Below, piece after piece: positions 58,449 to 64,000 of a stretch of DNA of 64,000 bases (positions are counted from its first letter, which is position 1; each line of letters begins with the position of its first letter). The translations under genes and the position numbers were made by a program. The DNA comes from an uncultured Actinomycetes bacterium (lineage in GTDB: Bacteria > Actinomycetota > Thermoleophilia > UBA2241). The notes beneath the pieces are model-generated. The model made no database searches and was not told where the DNA came from. It saw nothing but the letters and a program-made list of their open reading frames with translations. The DNA is taken from positions 448,001 to 512,000 of the forward strand of contig CAVRZA010000004.1 in assembly GCA_963725665.1 (NCBI GenBank). Reading direction: 5' to 3'.

Positions 58449-60149
58449 GTGAAGCCCAAACAACGACATCTCACCATCCTGCTCGTCGTCGCGGCGCTCG
58501 TCGCCGTCTCGATCTACTTCATCGTCCCGCCGGCGGCGAAGACCCACCTCGGCCTCGACCTGCAGGGCGGCCTCGAGGTCGTCTACCAGGCGAAGACCAC
58601 GAGCGGTAAGCCGCCAACGCCGGACCAGTTGAACCAGACGCTCAGCATCATCAACAAGCGCGTCAACGGCCTCGGCGTGAGCGAAGCGCAGGTGCAGAAG
58701 CAGGGCTCCGACCAGATCTCCGTCGCCCTGCCCGGCGTGAGGAACCAAGAGCAGGCCGTGTCGATCATCGGCAAGACCGCACAGCTCCTCTTCTACGACG
58801 ACTCCAAGACACGCGTCGCCGGCCCGACGGCATCGCGCGAGGAGCTCCTCAAGCCCTACAAGGGCAAGGTGCCCAAGGGGATGACTCTGATCACCGCAGC
58901 CCCCGGGGCCGCGAGCCAGAACTCCCCTCAGGTGTACTTCCTCTACAAGGACAAGCCAGCCATGACTGGCGCGGCCATCAAGAGCGCGCGTCAGAGCTTC
59001 GACCAGACCAACCGGCCCAACGTGCTCATCGACTTCACCACCGAGGGCGGCAAGCAGTTCGGTGAGGTGACCAAGCAGCTCGCCCTCACTGGCGCGCTCA
59101 AAGGCGTGCCGCAGCAGTTCGCCATCGTCCTCGACGGCCAGATGGAGTCCGATCCGCAGGTCGATCCCAAGGACAACCCCAACGGCATCCAGGGCGGCAG
59201 CGCCGAGATCACGGGTAACTTCACCATCCAGGAGGCCAAGGACCTGGCCCTGGTGCTCAACACCGGCGCCTTGCCGGTGAGCCTGACGCAGATCATGAAG
59301 ACCCAGGTCTCGGCCACCCTCGGCAAGGACTCGCTGATCGCCGGCCTCATCGCCGCCGCCGTCGGCTTCGCCATCGTCTTCGGCTATCTCATCGTCTATT
59401 ACCGTTTTCTGGGTCTCATCGCCGATATCGCCCTGCTCATCTACGCGGTCCTGCTCTACGGCCTCTTCAATGCCATCCCTGTGACGCTGACCCTGCCGGG
59501 CATCGCCGGCATGATCCTCACCATCGGCGTGGCGGCCGACGCCAACGTGGTCATCTTCGAGCGCATCAAGGAGGAGGTGCGTCGCGGCAAGACGGTGCGC
59601 ACGGCAGTCAACACGGGCTACGGGCGCGGCTTCCGCACCATCCTCGACGCCAACGTCCTCACGCTGCTCACCGCAGTCGTGCTCTTCGAGTTCGCCACGG
59701 CGCAGCCCAAGGGCTTTGCCTTCACCCTGATCCTCGGCGTGCTGGTGAGCATGTTCACCGCCGTGCTGGCGACGCGTGCCATGCTCGGCTTGCTCTCCGA
59801 TTACGCCTTCTTCAACCGCCCGGGGCTCCTGGGCGTCAGGAGCGGCGACATCCGCGCCGACGCCCCTGCGGGTGTGGGCGCGGTCGAGCGGCGGCGGGCG
59901 CGGGCGAGGCGCGCGGCGGCGTCGGCCGCCGCCGGCAACGGCGGCGGCGACCTCGACGACCTCGCCGAGCCCGACCTGCTCGATGACGAAGCCGCGGAGC
60001 CCGCAGATCTGCTCGAGGCGCCGGAGCCGGCGGAGGCGCCGGCCGCACCGGCAGCGCCGGCTGCGCCGGCTCCGGCGGGTCCGACCCGCAGCGGCCGCCC
60101 GACGCGCCAGCGGCGCAAGCGCGGCGGTGCGAAGAAGAAGAGGAGATAG
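58449..60149 (+). CDS. secD: protein translocase subunit SecD
   Basis: LGLDLQGG, R.NGLGVSE, AIVLD, GALP, LTLPGIAG, DANVVIFERIKEE and ILDAN. Confidence 0.96.
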   Translation: MKPKQRHLTILLVVAALVAVSIYFIVPPAAKTHLGLDLQGGLEVVYQAKTTSGKPPTPDQLNQTLSIINKRVNGLGVSEAQVQKQGSDQISVALPGVRNQEQAVSIIGKTAQLLFYDDSKTRVAGPTASREELLKPYKGKVPKGMTLITAAPGAASQNSPQVYFLYKDKPAMTGAAIKSARQSFDQTNRPNVLIDFTTEGGKQFGEVTKQLALTGALKGVPQQFAIVLDGQMESDPQVDPKDNPNGIQGGSAEITGNFTIQEAKDLALVLNTGALPVSLTQIMKTQVSATLGKDSLIAGLIAAAVGFAIVFGYLIVYYRFLGLIADIALLIYAVLLYGLFNAIPVTLTLPGIAGMILTIGVAADANVVIFERIKEEVRRGKTVRTAVNTGYGRGFRTILDANVLTLLTAVVLFEFATAQPKGFAFTLILGVLVSMFTAVLATRAMLGLLSDYAFFNRPGLLGVRSGDIRADAPAGVGAVERRRARARRAAASAAAGNGGGDLDDLAEPDLLDDEAAEPADLLEAPEPAEAPAAPAAPAAPAPAGPTRSGRPTRQRRKRGGAKKKRR

Positions 60150-60151
60150 GC

Positions 60152-61123
60152 GTGCTGCGTAGGCTGCGGGGCATCTACTCGTTCGACTACATGCGCCACA
60201 AGAAGTGGTGGTTCGGGATCTCCGCGACCATCATCGCCATCGGTCTGGTGGCCATGTTCGTGCGTGGCGACGGCGTCCCGTGGCGCGGCTTCAACTTCGG
60301 TCTCGAGTTCAAGACGGGGACCCGTGTCGGGATCGCCTTCAGCGACCGCGGCATCGATGTCCCCGAAGTCCGTGCGGCGGTGACGGCCGCCGGCTATCCC
60401 GACGCCGTCATCCAGCAGGTCACGCTCGCCGGCGGTACGCCCGGCTTCCAGATCCAGGTGAGGACGCTGGACCCGACGCAGGAGCAAGCGCTCAAGGCGA
60501 AGCTGAGCGAGGCGTTCAACAAGAAGGCGACCATCGCCGCGTACGAGGTCCAGACCGTCGGCCCGACGTTCGGCAAGGAGATCGCCTCGGCGTCCTACAA
60601 GGCCATCGCGCTCGCCCTGCTGCTGATCCTCGTCTACATCTCGCTGCGTTTCGAGTGGAAGTTCGCGCTGGGAGCGATCCTGGCGGAGTTCCACGACCTG
60701 CTCGTCGTGCTCGGTATCTACGCCCTGACCGGTCGCGAGATCACGACGGCCACCATCGCCGCCGTCCTCACCATCCTCGGCTACTCGCTCTACGACACGG
60801 TCATCGTCTACGACCGTATCCGCGAGAACGCGCCCAAGATGCGCCGCGTGCCCTATGCCGACATGGTCAACCGCTCTATCTGGGAGACCCTCACGCGCTC
60901 CATCAACACGACGATGATGACGTTGATCCCCGTCGTCTGCCTGCTGCTCTTCGGCGGCTCCACTCTCAAGGACTTCGCCTTCGCGCTGCTGATCGGTGTG
61001 GCATCGGGCGCCTACTCGTCGATCTTCGTCGCCAGCCCCTTCCTCTGCTGGCTCAAGGAGCGCGAGCCGCAGAACCGCAAGCTCGCCGCACGGGCCCAGC
61101 AGAGCCCGGGTTCGGCGCGCTGA
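60152..61123 (+). CDS. secF: protein translocase subunit SecF
   Basis: GLEFK.GT, VGPTFG, HD, GYSLYDTVIVYDRIRE, RSINT and YSSIF. Confidence 0.96.
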   Translation: MLRRLRGIYSFDYMRHKKWWFGISATIIAIGLVAMFVRGDGVPWRGFNFGLEFKTGTRVGIAFSDRGIDVPEVRAAVTAAGYPDAVIQQVTLAGGTPGFQIQVRTLDPTQEQALKAKLSEAFNKKATIAAYEVQTVGPTFGKEIASASYKAIALALLLILVYISLRFEWKFALGAILAEFHDLLVVLGIYALTGREITTATIAAVLTILGYSLYDTVIVYDRIRENAPKMRRVPYADMVNRSIWETLTRSINTTMMTLIPVVCLLLFGGSTLKDFAFALLIGVASGAYSSIFVASPFLCWLKEREPQNRKLAARAQQSPGSAR

Positions 61124-61449
61124 GCGTCGGCTTCGCCGGCGTCTTAGCGTCCCTCCCGGCCGCCCGGCGTCTGCTGCCCGCGCGCGCCTCAGGCGCCGGC
61201 AGAGGCGACCCTCTAGCCGCACCTGAGGTCGCGGCCGGACCGTTCCGACGTCCCTCAGCCTCGCCTCGAAGGTCACGCAAATGCAGGGGTTTTGTGGCCC
61301 TTTGCGGCTTTACAGGAGGCTGTGGTTGACCTAAGTTTCGGTGCCGTGAGAGAAGACCGGTCGACGAAAGATGGCCAAAGGCGCGCTGCGGCACGGCGCT
61401 CGTCCTTCCGCCGGTATGGGGTCGAGGACAGAGGATCGGGGGAATCGCC

Positions 61450-61890
61450 GTGACGCCAGATCGTGGTGGATGGTCCGTCAGCCAGGGCGCGCGGCTCGAC
61501 CTGCGCAACGTGGGCGACAAGCCGGGGTTCCCGGTGGTCTTTCTGCAGGGCGAGTTCGACATCGAGACGGTCCCCGAGATCGACCGCTTCCTGCGGCGCT
61601 CGTTCGGGCCCTTGTTCTTCAAGCGTCACATCGTCCTCGACCTCAACGAGGTGACGCACGTCGACTCGATCTTCATCGGCTTCGTCGTCGGCCTTGTGCG
61701 CCGCCTGCATGCGGAGCGCAAGGAGCTCGTGCTGACTCGCCCCGTGGGCCACGTGCGCCGGGTGCTCTCGCTGATAGGAGTTCCGAACCTGGTGCCCGTC
61801 TACGATTCGCTGGACGAGGCGGTGACGGCCGTCATGAGCGACAGCCTGCCGGCGATCCCGCCGGCCTTCAGAGCCGCTCCCGCGGTCTGA
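61450..61890 (+). CDS. STAS-domain anti-sigma antagonist
   Basis: LQGEFDI, LDL..VT.VDS and L...G. Confidence 0.8.
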   Translation: MTPDRGGWSVSQGARLDLRNVGDKPGFPVVFLQGEFDIETVPEIDRFLRRSFGPLFFKRHIVLDLNEVTHVDSIFIGFVVGLVRRLHAERKELVLTRPVGHVRRVLSLIGVPNLVPVYDSLDEAVTAVMSDSLPAIPPAFRAAPAV

Positions 61891-61942
61891 CGGGCTCTCG
61901 CCGCCGCGTCGCAGGCGGCATCGGCCGCGGCGCCCCAGACGG

Positions 61943-62314
61943 CTACTGCTGCGCCGAGCCGGACCCGGCGGCCTCGTCGCCGAGCCCGTTCGCGGCCGGC
62001 GGTGCCCCCTCGAGCAGGGAGAGCCTGTGCTCGAGCTGCGCCACCTTGAGGTTCAGCTCCTCCCACTCACCTTGCGTCGCCAGCCCCCACTGTCTGAAGA
62101 GGTCCTGCAGGTTCGCATCGAAGCGCTGGCGCAAGCCGGTGCCCTGATCGCTCGCCCTCTCCATGAGGTCGTCGACGAGGTCCTTTCCCTCGCGGCGCGT
62201 CAGCTCGCCGCGGCGGACGACCTCGTCGACGACCTCCTGCACGCGCTCGCGCGTGAGCGCGGCGGCGCCCAGGGCGAGGAGCAAGGTCCGTTCGAGAGGG
62301 TTCTGTGCGCCCAC
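61943..62314 (-). CDS. phasin-like / PHA synthesis regulator family protein
   Basis: LL.LGA..LT.E....VDE.V.RGE....EGK..., GLAT..E...L...V..LE. Confidence 0.7.
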   Translation of the reverse strand: MGAQNPLERTLLLALGAAALTRERVQEVVDEVVRRGELTRREGKDLVDDLMERASDQGTGLRQRFDANLQDLFRQWGLATQGEWEELNLKVAQLEHRLSLLEGAPPAANGLGDEAAGSGSAQQ

Positions 62315-62315
62315 G

Positions 62316-62705
62316 TCAGCTTGCTCGCGCGACGTCGAGCTGGCGGTCGAAGACTGGCTGCCGAGCAGCCACCGTGCGCGCCTGGAACGCCCGCATGCGA
62401 CAGGCGTCGCTGCAGTACTTCTTGGCGGGGTTGTAGGTGATGAACTCGCGGCTGCAAGGCTCGAAGCTGCAGTTGCGCGTGATCTCCTCGCGCTCGTGCC
62501 GCTTGCGCGCCGACTGCCTCATCTCGTCGTGCCAGCCGCCCGAGTGCAGGGCACAGATGCTGGAAGGGTTGTAGGCCGAAAGCCTCGTCTGGCAGCCCTC
62601 GAAGCTGCAGACGCGCCCCGTGCCGTAGGTCTTGGTGCGCAGCAGATCGTCGGCCTGGGTGTACATCCGGCGACCGCGAAGACTCTTGCTGCTGAGGAAC
62701 TCCAT
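62316..62705 (-). CDS. two-zinc-finger hypothetical protein
   Basis: CSFEGC.T.LS.YN...IC..H and CSFEPC...F....P.KKYCSDACR.RA. Confidence 0.65.
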   Translation of the reverse strand: MEFLSSKSLRGRRMYTQADDLLRTKTYGTGRVCSFEGCQTRLSAYNPSSICALHSGGWHDEMRQSARKRHEREEITRNCSFEPCSREFITYNPAKKYCSDACRMRAFQARTVAARQPVFDRQLDVARAS

Positions 62706-62809
62706 CTGCGCTTCTCCGATCCCGCTGCCAGCTCCGTCGCTTGCTCGGCCTGTCTACTGCTCGCTGCCGTCCTCGCCTGCGCCGCCGCGAGCTCGCGGCG
62801 CATCGGACC

Positions 62810-63169
62810 CTAACCCGCGGTCACGCTCAGGGCGTCCTCGCGAGTGGGGTAGATGCCGAAGATGCGGTCCAGCCCGGTGATCTCGAAGATGCGCGTGATG
62901 TTGTCGTCGGCGCAGACGATGTCGAGGGTCCCGTTCTGCGGGCGCACACGCTTGGCTCCCGAGACGAGCACGCCGAGGGCGGTCGAATCGATGAAGGTGA
63001 CTTTCGCCAGGTCGACGATGATACGGCTGGCGCCCTCCTCGATCCCCTGCAGGAGGACTTCCTTGAACTGCGGAGCGGAGTAGATGTCGACCTCACCCTC
63101 GACATCGACTACTGCGACGCTCTCGCTCGGTCTGAGGAGATCGACGCGGAACTGGGGCCTGTCTTCCAT
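62810..63169 (-). CDS. anti-anti-sigma factor (RsbV/BldG-like STAS)
   Basis: VEGEVDIYSAP, VDL..VTFIDSTALGVL and IFEITGLD. Confidence 0.9.
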   Translation of the reverse strand: MEDRPQFRVDLLRPSESVAVVDVEGEVDIYSAPQFKEVLLQGIEEGASRIIVDLAKVTFIDSTALGVLVSGAKRVRPQNGTLDIVCADDNITRIFEITGLDRIFGIYPTREDALSVTAG

Positions 63170-63355
63170 GCAGTCTTCCCCCTCGATGAGTCGCGGGTCA
63201 AACCTCGGTACGCTCTGCCCGCTGATGTCCTTGGTTATGCTCGCCGCCTGGGGCTCCTAAACTCCGATTACGCAGGGACTAAGAGCACGCGAGCGACCAT
63301 CGACGACGACACGGTAGGGCGCCGCGGCCGGCGGGAAGCGCTCACACGCGAATGG

Positions 63356-64000
63356 TCAGCGCGGGGCGGTGGGGAGGAGGCGCTCGTCAAGGTTGCGGCC
63401 CTGCGCGGCGTACTGGACGATCATGGCGTCGGTCACCCACTCCACCGGCGCCCTGTCGTCGGTCCAGGGGTTCTGCAGCACAGCGACGGGACGAGCCTGC
63501 CGCGCGTACAGGTCGCCGAGCACCTGAAGGCGGGCCGGCAGGCCGCGCAGCCGGCCCGCCTGTTCCGCGGCCGGCACGGGGTTCGCGAAGCCGACCACGA
63601 GGGCGTTGAAGCGCAGCGCCTGCCAGTACTCGACCTGCGGAAAGACACTCGCCAGCGTGCCGGCGATGTCCTTTGCCAGGACGTGGTCGGTGGGCGTCGT
63701 TGAGATATTGAGCGCGACGATGCCGTCGGGCGCGAGGTGGCGACGCGCGAGCTCGAAGAACTCGCGCGTCGCGAGGTAGAAGGGCACGTAGGGCTGCCGG
63801 TAGGCGTCGATGAAGATGGCGTCGTAGCGGGCGCCGCTCGTGGCGAGGAACGGGCGTGCGTCGGCGGTGTGCACAACGAGGTTCGGGTTGTCGCCAAGAC
63901 CGAAGAAGCGCCGGGCGACCGCGGTGACCTGGGGATCGATCTCGACGCCGTGGTAGCGCACCGCGGGGAAGAAGGCTCCGAAGGCTCGGCCGGTGGTCCC
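63356..64000 (-). CDS. spermidine-synthase-like SAM-binding domain (C-terminus of fused MFS/spermidine synthase type), partial
   Basis: GVEIDP.V...A..FF, DAR.FL, YDAIFIDAY, P.L.T.EFF and TDDRAPVE; runs off the window edge. Confidence 0.8.
   Translation of the reverse strand, partial: GTTGRAFGAFFPAVRYHGVEIDPQVTAVARRFFGLGDNPNLVVHTADARPFLATSGARYDAIFIDAYRQPYVPFYLATREFFELARRHLAPDGIVALNISTTPTDHVLAKDIAGTLASVFPQVEYWQALRFNALVVGFANPVPAAEQAGRLRGLPARLQVLGDLYARQARPVAVLQNPWTDDRAPVEWVTDAMIVQYAAQGRNLDERLLPTAPR

Overview
High-GC actinobacterial-type DNA, probably Thermoleophilia-like (an inference from the dcw cluster without ftsA and from gene content). The window has three parts. (1) 1-7239: a sulfur/cysteine cluster (end of an Rrf2 regulator, cysK, MoeB/ThiF, larE, cysE), a DUF211 + VIT1-like pair, and pcrA. 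(2) ~7300-37300: a ~30 kb accessory island of conflict/signalling genes with no visible integrase. It holds two TIR proteins, VIT-vWA, an AAA+-RyR protein, an NDT/TIR-like protein, an ECF sigma + zinc anti-sigma/HEAT module, WD40 proteins, TerB-like, SLOG + TrkA_N-RyR, a degenerate YidC-like domain fused to a beta-propeller, a ClpC-like/FHA/YbjN operon and three dispersed paralogs of a 120-aa MGLD protein. It also holds an E2 / JAB+E2-like / E1 ubiquitination-like cassette with no beta-grasp Ubl or CD-NTase, but with a nearby 66-aa peptide ending in ...TLKTERTWY. (3) 37479-64000: housekeeping genes (enoyl-CoA hydratase, otsB, pyrF, LysM, the mraZ-ftsZ dcw cluster, secDF, STAS proteins). Many genes, including essential ones, carry 1-2 nt indels, which points to assembly error rather than pseudogenes. 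The best candidate for an undescribed system is the sigma-linked E2-JAB-E1 cassette with a putative non-ubiquitin peptide modifier. All family assignments come from motif recognition by eye; no database search was run.
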